A stretch of DNA of 63,952 bases, the filler included, from an uncultured bacterium (lineage in GTDB: Bacteria; CAZSTA01): the NCBI GenBank assembly GCA_964609495.1. It is 4 parts of 4 records of this genome, joined end to end, with 100 filler letters (N's around TTAATTAATTAA, not from the genome) between each part and the next. Parts side by side here need not be neighbours in the genome. Positions count along the whole stretch, not along the records: positions 1 to 19,945 come from CAZSTA010000050.1; 3 more parts are not named here. One strand, given 5' to 3'. Shown one piece after another: positions 10,708 through 19,945 of the stretch. A program made the position numbers and the translations under genes. Below the pieces are notes generated by a model. The model saw only the letters and a list, made by a program, of their open reading frames with translations, ran no database searches and was not told the origin of the DNA. Numbering within the stretch: the first letter of the stretch is position 1; each line of letters opens with the position of its first letter.

Positions 10708-11706
10708 ATGGAATATTACGAAGAGGTAGATTTGCCCATCTATGAGGGGGAGCTACGAGATTTCCTCCCCGATCATATCTTGGATATGCATATTCATGTC
10801 TGGCTGGAGAATCACATCAAGCCTGACTCAGAGATGAGACCTGAAGAGATCGCTCGGTCGGTCGCTGATAACTATTCCTTTGAGGATGCGTTTAAATCCT
10901 TTGAAACCCTATTTCCAGGGAAGAGGGTCGAGGGTCTATTTATGGGCTTGCCGATACGAGATATAGATTTTGAGATCGCCAACGACTACGTGGCAGAGGG
11001 AATAGAGAAATGGGATATATATGGACACCTGATGCCACCAGTAGAGGCAGGAAAAGAGGAATTAAGGGATAAGATCGAAAGTGGTGGATTCGTGGGATTC
11101 AAGCCATATCGAGATTTTGTATCAGGAAAAGATCGAGAAGAAGTCGGGATATTCGACTTCGTTACCTCCGCTCAACTAGAGATAGCTCAGGAGAAAGGAT
11201 TGATCATAACTTTGCATATCCCTCGCCAGGGTAGATTGGCGGATTCAGATAATATTGAGGAGATAAGCGCTATAGCTCAAGATTACCCCAATGTTAACAT
11301 AATATTAGCTCATATCGGAAGGGCCTATTGTCCCGAGAATATCGGAGAAGGATTGAGACAACTGAAGAAGTTCGATAACATCTTTTATGATCTAGCTATG
11401 GTCAATAATGAAGAGGTTATCGAGATATTGCTCAGAGAAGTTGGACCGGAGAAGGTTATGTTTGGAACGGATCTTCCCGTGGCTCAGGTCAGAGGCAAGA
11501 TGATCTGTATCAATAGTCAAAGGCAATTTGTAACCAGAGAGCCTTATTTCTGGAGCTTGCATAATCCCGAAACTAAGATCAAATGCACCTATTTCGCTTA
11601 TGAGATAGTAAGGGCTTTGAAAAAAGCATCGGAGAGAGTAGGTTTATCTGAAAGGGAAATAGAATTGATATTCTATGGTAATGGAAAGAAGTTATTGGAA
11701 TCTTGA
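10708..11706 (+). CDS. Amidohydrolase family (Amidohydro_2) metal-dependent hydrolase
   Basis: DMHIH, LHIP, ILAHIG, MFGTDLP, IFYGN motifs. Confidence 0.85.
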   Translation: MEYYEEVDLPIYEGELRDFLPDHILDMHIHVWLENHIKPDSEMRPEEIARSVADNYSFEDAFKSFETLFPGKRVEGLFMGLPIRDIDFEIANDYVAEGIEKWDIYGHLMPPVEAGKEELRDKIESGGFVGFKPYRDFVSGKDREEVGIFDFVTSAQLEIAQEKGLIITLHIPRQGRLADSDNIEEISAIAQDYPNVNIILAHIGRAYCPENIGEGLRQLKKFDNIFYDLAMVNNEEVIEILLREVGPEKVMFGTDLPVAQVRGKMICINSQRQFVTREPYFWSLHNPETKIKCTYFAYEIVRALKKASERVGLSEREIELIFYGNGKKLLES

Positions 11707-11745
11707 TTTTGCTTCGATCGGCTGATGGCTGTTTAAAAGGAGCTT

Positions 11746-12342
11746 ATGTTATATCCGTTAAAGCCTCTCAAAGATAAAATCTTATGGCCTATGGTGAGAA
11801 TCTCCCATCAATTAGGTTTATCTCCTAACATCATCACCGGTTTAGGATTGAGCTTTGCCATCCTCAGTGGAATCTCTCTCGCTTACCATAAGCTTTTTAT
11901 AGCCTTGGTGATGTTTGGAGCTAGTATCTTTTGTGATATGTTGGACGGAGCTATAGCCAGGGCTTTCGATCTAGAAACGAGTTTTGGCCTATTTTGGGAT
12001 TCCTTTGCCGATCGAGGAGCAGAATTAGCTATTGTTTTAGGGGCTTTAGCAGGAGGGATAGTTGGCCCATTAGCCGTCTTGGAGATCTTCGGCTCCGCAT
12101 CTCTCCTGGTTATGCGGTTAGTGAGCTACAGAGCTGGCTTCTATAGCGATGGTGCCTACTTTGGTCGAGGGGAGAGGGTAATACTACTATCTATGGGACT
12201 AATTATCCCCTGGAAGACATTTTCTACTGTCTGTTTCGCTTTAGCAGGATTTCTCAGCTTGATCTCTGCATTTCAGATCGGGTCTGGTTTGAAGGATAAA
12301 GATATTCGTTTATTCAGAACTAAAGAAAAGGAGGGTTTTTAA
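11746..12342 (+). CDS. CDP-alcohol phosphatidyltransferase family protein
   Basis: SPNIITG and the DMLDGAIAR...FGLFWDSFADR signature. Confidence 0.9.
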   Translation: MLYPLKPLKDKILWPMVRISHQLGLSPNIITGLGLSFAILSGISLAYHKLFIALVMFGASIFCDMLDGAIARAFDLETSFGLFWDSFADRGAELAIVLGALAGGIVGPLAVLEIFGSASLLVMRLVSYRAGFYSDGAYFGRGERVILLSMGLIIPWKTFSTVCFALAGFLSLISAFQIGSGLKDKDIRLFRTKEKEGF

Positions 12343-12343
12343 G

Positions 12344-12898
12344 ATGGTAATTAGGATCATACTCATTATCTTAGGGGTGTTAGTTATCGCAGTTATCGTG
12401 GGTTTTGCCCTGATGCGCGGATGGGATAAAGAAAAGCCTACTAAGAGAGAGAATCTAAAACCCGAGGGTGATGTTGTTGCCAAGGCACTAATAGTATATC
12501 ACCCCGGAGGATCAGGATATGCTGAGGATGTCGCTCATTGGATCGGAGAGGGATTGCGTTCCAACGGCTGGGAGGTAGATCTCGATCGAGCTAACTCGTC
12601 AACAGTAACTGATCTAACCACTTATAATCTCCTTTGCGTTGGCAGTCCTACCTATGCTGGAAAACCGCGTCCTCCCATAGTCTCCTATCTGGAAAGGGTT
12701 CAAGGATTACAAGGCAAGAAATCAGTCTCCTTCGGTACTGCTGCTGGTGATGCCGAAGCGGCAGATAGGCTGAAGGAGATGCTGGAGGCGAAGGGGAGCG
12801 AAGTGATCAAAGTTCTGAAATTTTTAACCGGCGAGAAGGAGAGTGCTGAGAAGGAGGCTAAGGATTTTGGTAGCGAGCTAGCTAAATCGACGCTTTAA
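12344..12898 (+). CDS. Membrane-anchored flavodoxin-fold protein
   Basis: N-terminal TM helix; ALIVYHPGGSGYA and VGSPTYAG flavodoxin motifs. Confidence 0.8.
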   Translation: MVIRIILIILGVLVIAVIVGFALMRGWDKEKPTKRENLKPEGDVVAKALIVYHPGGSGYAEDVAHWIGEGLRSNGWEVDLDRANSSTVTDLTTYNLLCVGSPTYAGKPRPPIVSYLERVQGLQGKKSVSFGTAAGDAEAADRLKEMLEAKGSEVIKVLKFLTGEKESAEKEAKDFGSELAKSTL

Positions 12899-12973
12899 AA
12901 ATTGATAGCTTAGCATCCTGTCCTGCCTTCGGATATTCCTTATTTTCATATGCATCGGAGGACTGCAAAATCC

Positions 12974-13196
12974 TTTACAAGAGATAGAATTTATTGTATA
13001 ATAGAAATATGATAAGAAAAAATGTCTCATCAGGTTCTCCGATGGAAAAACCAATCGGCTTCTCTAGGGCGGTAAGGATTGGAAATTTCATTTCTGTTTC
13101 AGGAACGGCCGCAATAGCCCCCGATGGCTCAACCGCACACCCCAATGATGTTTATGGGCAAACAAAGTATTGCTTAGAAATCATTAGAAAAGCGAT
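12974..13196 (+). repeat. 223-bp direct repeat (copy 1) holding a promoter and the 5' half of the rid gene; copy 2 at 15435-15657
   Basis: About 8 mismatches between copies by eye; contains TTTACA-17-TATAAT with an ATG 6 nt downstream. Confidence 0.95.
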
Positions 13197-13347
13197 GCCA
13201 GAAGGCAAAGTCGAGATCGAGGCAATGGAAACGGGTATCATCGTGTGGAGCAATGGGATTGGAACGATAGAGGCTATTGATCTGAAGGGCATACCGAAAG
13301 TAACAGGTGGTCGGCTAGCATTCTCAGACCGGGGTTCTTCAGACTAG
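13009..13347 (+). pseudogene. Truncated Rid-family paralog fused to an unrelated reading frame
   Basis: Nearly identical to the 15470 gene up to ...EIIRKA, then diverges exactly at the repeat end (13196); lacks the C-terminal RPACT/VEIEA region. Confidence 0.85.
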
Positions 13348-13460
13348 CGAAGAAAATGGGAAACACGAACGCGACAACGCGTCAGGAAATGGCCATCTAT
13401 CAAACTATAGTAGGCCACTAGGCCTTTGGCAGTACCGCCAAATATCGGAGGAGGATAGCA

Positions 13461-14354
13461 ATGAAAAAAGTGGGGTTTGTTGGTCTTGGCGATATGGGCA
13501 TAGGAATGGCGAAAAATCTCTTGAAAAACGGGTTTGAGCTAACAGGGTATGATTTAAGGGAAGAACGACTGAAAGAGTTATCCCGATTAGGAGGGAAACC
13601 GGCTGCAAATTGCCGGGAAGTTGCGGAAAGTTCGGAAGCTGTTTTTGTGATGGTGCTCAATGGAAAACAAGTAAAAGAGGTTGTTCTCGGTGAGCAGGGA
13701 TTACTGGAAGGATTAAAACCGAATTCCACAATAATAGTTTCAGCGACTATAAGTCCTTCGGAAGTAAGAGAAGTAGAAAAACCAGTGGTAGAAAAAGGGT
13801 TCAACCTTATTGATACCCCGGTAAGTGGTGGCAAGTCAGGAGCCGAAGAAGGAACACTTACTCTGATGACGGCCGCGAAGAAAGAAGTGTTTGATAACTG
13901 TAAAGATCTTCTGGAAGCCGTAGGTCAGAATATCTATCACGTGGGGGAAGAAATCGGTATGGGCCAGACGGTAAAAGCCGCTCTACAGGCTCTTATAGGG
14001 GCTAGTTTTACAGCCATCTTTGAGTCACTTGTTCTCGGTGTGAAAGCGGGGGTTAAAGCCGAAACGCTGTACGAGGTTTTCAGCGCTAGCGGAGTAGGAA
14101 GCCCGTTGTTTAAGAATGCGGCGAAACTCATTATGGAGAGGAAATTCAAAGGGACAGGAAGTCAGATAACGACCATGTATAAAGATCTTGGAATTTCCAT
14201 GAATATGGCCAAGGAAAACGGGGTAGCTATGTTCACAGCAAGCGCGGCTTATGAATTATTTCAGGCCGGCAAGTCTCTTTTTCCCGATGAAGATAACTGG
14301 TCAATTGTGAAGTTGCTGGAGCAAATCGCAGGAATAGAAGTCAAGAAACAATGA
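13461..14354 (+). CDS. NAD(P)-dependent beta-hydroxyacid dehydrogenase (3-hydroxyisobutyrate / L-threonate dehydrogenase family)
   Basis: VGFVGLGDMG, DTPVSGG, GQTVK and MYKDL motifs. Confidence 0.9.
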   Translation: MKKVGFVGLGDMGIGMAKNLLKNGFELTGYDLREERLKELSRLGGKPAANCREVAESSEAVFVMVLNGKQVKEVVLGEQGLLEGLKPNSTIIVSATISPSEVREVEKPVVEKGFNLIDTPVSGGKSGAEEGTLTLMTAAKKEVFDNCKDLLEAVGQNIYHVGEEIGMGQTVKAALQALIGASFTAIFESLVLGVKAGVKAETLYEVFSASGVGSPLFKNAAKLIMERKFKGTGSQITTMYKDLGISMNMAKENGVAMFTASAAYELFQAGKSLFPDEDNWSIVKLLEQIAGIEVKKQ

Positions 14355-15235
14355 GCGGAGGTAAAAAAGAAATGAAGCTCGGTGTCATTACAGATGGTAT
14401 TAGCAGAGATTTTGAGCATGCCTTGAAAGTGATGACTGAAGTAGGTGTGGAGTATGCGGAATTACAGTTTCTTTGGGATAAAGAAGTTGGCGACCAAACC
14501 CCTGAAGAAATCCAAAAGATAAAAGACCTGGTTGCTCAATATAGGGTGAAGGTTCCGTGCATCTCACGGCATAATTTTGCCGGGCTTCCCGTGATGGCAA
14601 CCGAGCCTGAGGATGAAATCTACAAGAAACATCTGGAGGGCCTTAAACGGTGCATTAACATAGCTAAAGAATTGGGAACCAACATAGTAAGAATTATGAG
14701 CTGCCGAAAAGAAATGATCATCTTTGGCTATAATGGTGCAGAAGAATGGGTAGCCAGCACTGGCTCCTGGGATAAATTCTTGAAGCTCATGGAAGCTCCT
14801 GTAAAATTAGCAGAAGATGAAGGTATTACTCTGGTCGTTGAGACTGGAAATAATGCCATGATCACATCAGGAGTTCTGGCGAAAAAGCTTATCGATGATT
14901 TAGGAACGAAACATCTCAAAATTCTTTGGGACATACCTAATACCATGTATTGTACCGAAGTTCCTTATCCGGACGCCTACAAAGAGATTAAAGACTATAT
15001 TTGTCATATCCATCTAAAAGATTGTAAGGCTGATATAGCGCGAGCGACCGTTCGCTTCTGCCCTTTAGGGGAAGGAGATGTGGCTCCGTACCTTGAGGGC
15101 CTAGCCGAGGCTTTAAAGAAGGACAGATATCAGGGAGTAATATCTTTAGAAAGTGTGTATAGACCTGATAATGGAACGTTTGAAGATGGATTTAGGGAAT
15201 GTTTGCCTACACTTAAGAAACTATTTGGAGATTAG
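14351..15235 (+). CDS. Sugar phosphate isomerase/epimerase (xylose-isomerase-like TIM barrel); start may be 14372
   Basis: LVVETG, LWDIPN, HIHLKD, LGEGDV and ISLE metal-binding pattern. Confidence 0.88.
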   Translation: MSGGKKEMKLGVITDGISRDFEHALKVMTEVGVEYAELQFLWDKEVGDQTPEEIQKIKDLVAQYRVKVPCISRHNFAGLPVMATEPEDEIYKKHLEGLKRCINIAKELGTNIVRIMSCRKEMIIFGYNGAEEWVASTGSWDKFLKLMEAPVKLAEDEGITLVVETGNNAMITSGVLAKKLIDDLGTKHLKILWDIPNTMYCTEVPYPDAYKEIKDYICHIHLKDCKADIARATVRFCPLGEGDVAPYLEGLAEALKKDRYQGVISLESVYRPDNGTFEDGFRECLPTLKKLFGD

Positions 15236-15328
15236 TTCCCAAATTAGGCTGGACCCCAGCTCGTTCTGGAGTCCAGTCAGGGAAATCATTGATCTCTACC
15301 AATTTGGTGGACAGTCAGCCCATATAGC

Positions 15329-15437
15329 GCGGTTAGTGAGCTACAGATCTGGCTTCTATAGCGATGGTGCTTACTTCGGTCGAGGAGAGAGGATAATACT
15401 ATTATCTAATGGATTAATTATCCCCTGGAAGATATTT
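15329..15437 (+). repeat. 109-bp duplicated internal fragment of the CDP-alcohol phosphatidyltransferase gene (source 12114-12222)
   Basis: About 90% identical by eye; joined directly to the rid promoter through a TTT microhomology. Confidence 0.9.
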
Positions 15438-15469
15438 ACAAGAGATAAAATTTATTGTATAATAAAAAT

Positions 15470-15862
15470 ATGATAAGAAAAAATATCTCATCAGGTTCTC
15501 CGATGGAAAAACCAGTCGGCTTCTCTAGGGCTGTAAGGGTGGGAAATTTCATTTCCGTTTCAGGAACGGCCGCAATAGCCCCCGATGGCTCAACCGCACA
15601 CCCCAATGATGTTTATGGGCAAACAAAGTATTGCTTAGAAATCATTAGAAAAGCGATTGAAGAGGCAGGTGGCAAGCTTGAGGGTGTTATTCGCACTAGA
15701 ATAATGCTAATAGACATTTCGAAATGGGAGGAGGCGGCGAAAGCTCATAGCGAGTTTTTTTCAGAAATTAGACCAGCTTGCACCTTTGTTGAAGTAAAAG
15801 GTTTTGTAAAAGCCGATTGGTTAGTTGAGATCGAAGCCGACTGTATTGTCGGAGAAAAATAA
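15470..15862 (+). CDS. Rid (RidA/YjgF/UK114) family protein, probably translated from a leaderless mRNA
   Basis: GFSRAVRVGNFISVSGT, RPACTFVEV, VEIEADC; ATG lies 6 nt after TATAAT with no SD. Confidence 0.9.
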   Translation: MIRKNISSGSPMEKPVGFSRAVRVGNFISVSGTAAIAPDGSTAHPNDVYGQTKYCLEIIRKAIEEAGGKLEGVIRTRIMLIDISKWEEAAKAHSEFFSEIRPACTFVEVKGFVKADWLVEIEADCIVGEK

Positions 15863-15864
15863 CG

Positions 15865-15963
15865 TCATATAACCCCGTATATCTGGTTTCATTTCGCATT
15901 CGCTCACTCCATCAAAATTTATACTCCCCTTCGTTTCGTTAAACCTCAGATATACGGATATGA
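15865..15963 (+). mobile_element. Degenerate integron attC-like site
   Basis: ATATAAC box just after the stop codon; 11-bp inverted repeat CCGTATATCTG/CAGATATACGG with unpaired bases further in; downstream ATATGA complements TCATAT but the GTT is missing. Confidence 0.5.
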
Positions 15964-16063
15964 TTGGGTAGTCAGTAGATTCCAAAGTGCATAATTTTAA
16001 GCTTAAAGTGAAAGGAGGAGGTAAGTTCTCTACTACTCAAGGACATAGAGAACCATCGGTATT

Positions 16064-17278
16064 ATGAACACCTCAGAGAAAAGAGAATTACTTACTAAGG
16101 AGTTGGAAAACAAGGGGGGGGTTCTAAGATTAGCTCCGACTTGGGTGCCCAGAGCTTTTATGGTTCCTGGAGGGAGAATAAAGCTTGCCCCTGAAGACTT
16201 ATACATCTTAGGGGCAGATCGAGGAGGAATAGATGAGAGATGGTTCGCCTCAACTACTCAAGCTGATAACGGACCCGGAACACCAGAGGATGAAGGATTG
16301 AGTTATATAGCAATAGAGGTAGATACGCAGGTTCATAAAGTTCTATTGAGAGAAGCAATAGAGCTAATAGGAAACCAGATCTTGGGCGAAGAGATGATGA
16401 AAGAGTATGGAGATTGGATGATCTTAACTAAATTTTTTGATAATCTGGGCCCTATATCTCATCACCTTCACCAGATGGAGGAACATGCCAAAAAGGTTGG
16501 TAAGAGAGCTAAACCCGAATCTTACTATTTCCCTATCCAGCTCAATTTTAAGACTAATAACTTCCCTTACACCTTTTTTGGTTTAATACCAGGCACCACC
16601 AAAGAGGATATTAAGAAATGCCTAGAGGATTGGAATAAAGGAGATAATGGGATATTATATCACTCAAGGGCTTACAAATTGAAGCCAGGGACAGGATGGC
16701 TTGTTCCTGCTGGAGTTCTGCATGCCCCGGGCTCGTTAGTTACTTATGAAGTGCAGAGGGCTTCTGACGTATTTGCTATGTTCCAGTCTATGGTAGAAGA
16801 TAGGCCTACCCCAAGAGAGCTACTAGTAAAAGATGTGCCAGAAGACTTACATTACGACCTAGATTACATAATAAGTATGATAGACTGGAAAGAAAATACT
16901 GACCCTGAATTTGCAAAACACCATTTTATTTCCCCTAAGCCCATAAAGGATGAAGAGGAAATGAAAGGTGAAGGCTATATGGAGAAGTGGGTGATATACG
17001 GAAGCGAAAACTTCAGTGCCAAGGAGCTCGCTGTATTCCCAAAGAAAAGCGTGGTAATAAAGGATGCCTCAGCTTATGGTTTAATCCTCCTTCAAGGAAG
17101 AGGAACTATAGGAGAATTTCAGGCAGAAACTCCCGCTTTGATAAGATATGGGGATTTAACTAATGATGAATTCTTCGTAACTTTTGAAAGGGCAAAGGAA
17201 GGCGTTAAAATCACAAATACTAGCGAGACAGAAGAGCTAGTAATGTTGAAACACTTCGCTTCTGAGGCAACTTTATAA
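16064..17278 (+). CDS. Uncharacterised cupin-fold protein, type I phosphomannose-isomerase-like
   Basis: KFFDN...HHLHQ...KPESYY...GVLHAPG...EVQRASD pattern resembles the PMI zinc ligands. Confidence 0.65.
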   Translation: MNTSEKRELLTKELENKGGVLRLAPTWVPRAFMVPGGRIKLAPEDLYILGADRGGIDERWFASTTQADNGPGTPEDEGLSYIAIEVDTQVHKVLLREAIELIGNQILGEEMMKEYGDWMILTKFFDNLGPISHHLHQMEEHAKKVGKRAKPESYYFPIQLNFKTNNFPYTFFGLIPGTTKEDIKKCLEDWNKGDNGILYHSRAYKLKPGTGWLVPAGVLHAPGSLVTYEVQRASDVFAMFQSMVEDRPTPRELLVKDVPEDLHYDLDYIISMIDWKENTDPEFAKHHFISPKPIKDEEEMKGEGYMEKWVIYGSENFSAKELAVFPKKSVVIKDASAYGLILLQGRGTIGEFQAETPALIRYGDLTNDEFFVTFERAKEGVKITNTSETEELVMLKHFASEATL

Positions 17279-17293
17279 GAAGTGATTTATCAT

Positions 17294-17326
17294 AACTCGC
17301 CATCAAATTTATATTGATGGCGAGTT
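17294..17326. terminator. Hairpin between convergent genes
   Basis: Perfect 13-bp stem AACTCGCCATCAA/TTGATGGCGAGTT. Confidence 0.8.
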
Positions 17327-17339
17327 GAACTTTCCACTT

Positions 17340-18188
17340 CTATTCCCCAAGGAGAAGAGAAGGATAGAGATATCTCTTTCCTGATCTCTCCTTTATCTTA
17401 TCCCATTCAGCGAGTATCTTAATCGCCTCACAGCCAGCTTGAGAGAGGATCTCCTGAGCTCCCTCGGTCCGCCATTCATCGGTGATCCTGTTAGCGATAG
17501 CTACACAGATCATCCCCGCTCGACATCCGAAGAGAGTGGAGAGAACGAAAGCCACCGATCCCTCCATCTCGAAGTTGATAATTCCAGCCTTAGCTAGATC
17601 GGGGATAAGATTATCGAGGCGGGACTGCCAATAACCGCCGAAGCCTGGTCGAGCTTGACCGCAGTAGAAGGAACTGGCACTGGCAGATATACCAGTATGA
17701 TATGAAAATCCCGATCTTTCGCAAGCCTCGATGAGCGCCAGCGATACCTCATAATTTGCGAAGGCGGGATACCCCTTCGGGACATAGTCATCTGTTGTCC
17801 CCTCCAGCCTAGCTGACGCCACATTTATGATGAGATCTCCGCATCTTATATCCTCCCTGATCGCTCCAGTAGTCCCTACCCGAATGAAAGTATCGCAACC
17901 TATCGTCGCTAATTCTGAGATAGCGATCTCAGTCGAGGCTGGGCCGATGCCAGTTGAACAAGCAGATATATCAACTCCTTTATATGTTCCCCTTGCCGAT
18001 CTAAATTCTCGATGATAGCTCACCTCTTCATAACTATCCCAGAAACTGCCGATCAAGGGAACTCGATCGGGATCACCGGGCAGGAGAACATAACGAGCCA
18101 GATCGCCCGACGAACAATCGATATGATATTGTTTCCCCTCCCCAGAGGTCGGAGAGGTTGCAGATTCCTTAGACATAGCCCTCATCAC
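17340..18188 (-). CDS. udp: Uridine phosphorylase / PNP_UDP_1 nucleoside phosphorylase
   Basis: QYHI, LLPGDPDRV, STGIG, FIRVGTTGA, FYCGQAR, NFEME motifs. Confidence 0.85.
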   Translation of the reverse strand: MMRAMSKESATSPTSGEGKQYHIDCSSGDLARYVLLPGDPDRVPLIGSFWDSYEEVSYHREFRSARGTYKGVDISACSTGIGPASTEIAISELATIGCDTFIRVGTTGAIREDIRCGDLIINVASARLEGTTDDYVPKGYPAFANYEVSLALIEACERSGFSYHTGISASASSFYCGQARPGFGGYWQSRLDNLIPDLAKAGIINFEMEGSVAFVLSTLFGCRAGMICVAIANRITDEWRTEGAQEILSQAGCEAIKILAEWDKIKERSGKRYLYPSLLLGE

Positions 18189-18200
18189 TCTCCCAGGCTT

Positions 18201-19259
18201 CTACTCGATCTCAACAACTTTTCCCGATAAAGCGGAATCGTAAGCCGCCTTCGCAACTTTGACCGCCGCTAATCCATCCTCTCCAGTCGTCAAGGGCTTC
18301 TTATTTTCCTTTAAACACTTAACGAAATGAGCGACCTCGACTAACCAACCTCCTCCCTCCACTCCCTTGGGATAATACCACTTCCCCATCATACCTCTCT
18401 TGAGGGAAGCCTCCACTTCCTCGGGCCAATCCTTAGTCGTCAGAACTTTGATCGGAGTGGCATAGTCGATGATCATACTCCCTTCGCTCCCGTATAGCTC
18501 GATACCTGTAAATCCGGGCTTGCTCGTCCATCCCACCTCGAAGTATCCCAAGCACTTTCCGGGGAAGGTCAATAGCGCGATAGCATTATCCTCAGCATCG
18601 ATATCCTTTTTCAGAGTTGCGATCTTGGCTGATATCGAGGTGATCTCTCCCCCAAACCACCTACAGATATCTATGGCATGGATACCCATATCTAGCAACG
18701 CTCCTCCGCCAGCTTCGCGTGGGTTGAAAAACCAATCGCTCGTCGCATACCAGGAGGTGTAGGGACCTTCGTGAGCAAATCGCACCCGAATCATAAACAG
18801 ATCTCCGATCAGCCCCTGATCTACCAGCTTCTTCGCTAATTGGTTGAAGTTTTGGAAGCGATGAGAAAAGCCCATCATCAGAGTCACGCCCGCCTTCTCA
18901 GTCGCTTCGATCATCTTCACAGCTTCTTCAACGGTCATCGCCATCGGCTTTTCGCAGAGGATATGCTTCCCCGCCTCTGCCGCTGCGATCGTCATTTCCG
19001 CATGCAAATAATTGGGGGTGCAGATGCTCACCGCCTGGATATCATCCCGCTCTAATAATTCGAGATAATCGGTATATAATCCACTCTCCTTGACTCCAAA
19101 AGTTTCCGCCATCTCCTGAAGTCGCTTCTTGTTGATATCAGCCAAAGCCGCGATCTCCACATCATCGAACTGAGCATACCCAGGTAGATGGGCGTATTTC
19201 GCTATCGCTCCACATCCAATAACTCCTACCTTCAACTTTTCGGACATATTGATCACCAA
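18201..19259 (-). CDS. Gfo/Idh/MocA family oxidoreductase (start may be 19247)
   Basis: GVIGCGAIA, CTPNYLH, HILCEKP, GGGALLDMGIH. Confidence 0.92.
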   Translation of the reverse strand: MVINMSEKLKVGVIGCGAIAKYAHLPGYAQFDDVEIAALADINKKRLQEMAETFGVKESGLYTDYLELLERDDIQAVSICTPNYLHAEMTIAAAEAGKHILCEKPMAMTVEEAVKMIEATEKAGVTLMMGFSHRFQNFNQLAKKLVDQGLIGDLFMIRVRFAHEGPYTSWYATSDWFFNPREAGGGALLDMGIHAIDICRWFGGEITSISAKIATLKKDIDAEDNAIALLTFPGKCLGYFEVGWTSKPGFTGIELYGSEGSMIIDYATPIKVLTTKDWPEEVEASLKRGMMGKWYYPKGVEGGGWLVEVAHFVKCLKENKKPLTTGEDGLAAVKVAKAAYDSALSGKVVEIE

Positions 19260-19305
19260 GCCTTTCTAATTTTATAATTTCTGCTAATAAGTCCAAGATA
19301 TAATT

Positions 19306-19338
19306 TCCCCCTCACCCTATCCCCCTCCCATGAGGGGA
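19306..19338. repeat. Truncated copy of the double-hairpin palindromic repeat
   Basis: CCCCTCACCCTATCCCCCTCCCATGAGGGG matches the 5' half of the repeat family. Confidence 0.8.
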
Positions 19339-19342
19339 CATA

Positions 19343-19945
19343 CTACTTAATCATACTCGTACCTACAGGACATACCGCTACACATAGCCCACAGACCCTC
19401 TTTCTATACCTATCACGAACTTTATTCAAATACTCATCGCACTTCTTGGCATCTATAGCCCTATCAGCCTCACCGCGCAAATATTTATCGAAGCCCTCGG
19501 GATAGATGGCTCTCGGCGGACAAGCCTCTACGCAAAGTTGACAATCTCCACACTTGTTCTCCAGCGGCTCATCAGGAACTAGGGGAGCATTCGTCAGGAC
19601 GGTTACCAGACGAACTCGAGGTCCGAACTCCTCCGTTATTATCAAGCCGTTCTTCCCCCACCAGCCGATCCCAGCTAATCCCGCGGCTAAACGATGAGGA
19701 AAGATGCTCTCCAACCTATCCTTCCCTATTCTCTGAGAAGAGGGGATAGGAAAAGAGCGAAAGCCACACTGATATAGACAGTGGGAGAGCTTGAGAGCTA
19801 TATCATCTAGGAGATCGTTCAGGGTTTGATAGTAGAAGAGATAGGTTAGAGTGGTATAGATATATGATGGTCCTTTAAGGAGAAGCTTAACTACCTCATC
19901 GGGGAAGTGAACTGCCACCGAGATAGCGGTATTTAATCCGCTGAA
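19343..19945 (-). CDS. Epoxyqueuosine-reductase-like (QueG / reductive dehalogenase C-terminal) 4Fe-4S dicluster protein; 5' end cut by the contig end
   Basis: HRLAAGLAGIGWWGKN, FGPRVRL, CGDCQLCVEACP, CGLCVAVCP. Confidence 0.8.
   Translation of the reverse strand, partial: FSGLNTAISVAVHFPDEVVKLLLKGPSYIYTTLTYLFYYQTLNDLLDDIALKLSHCLYQCGFRSFPIPSSQRIGKDRLESIFPHRLAAGLAGIGWWGKNGLIITEEFGPRVRLVTVLTNAPLVPDEPLENKCGDCQLCVEACPPRAIYPEGFDKYLRGEADRAIDAKKCDEYLNKVRDRYRKRVCGLCVAVCPVGTSMIK

Noticed and set aside
15153-15473. 106-aa ORF overlapping the epimerase end
   Set aside because: Chimeric frame crossing the insert junction and the duplicated phosphatidyltransferase fragment; no SD.
19343-19945. Reductive dehalogenase
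   Set aside because: Only the shared cobalamin and Fe-S C-terminal region is visible; it fits the common small QueG-like family and no anchor gene is present.
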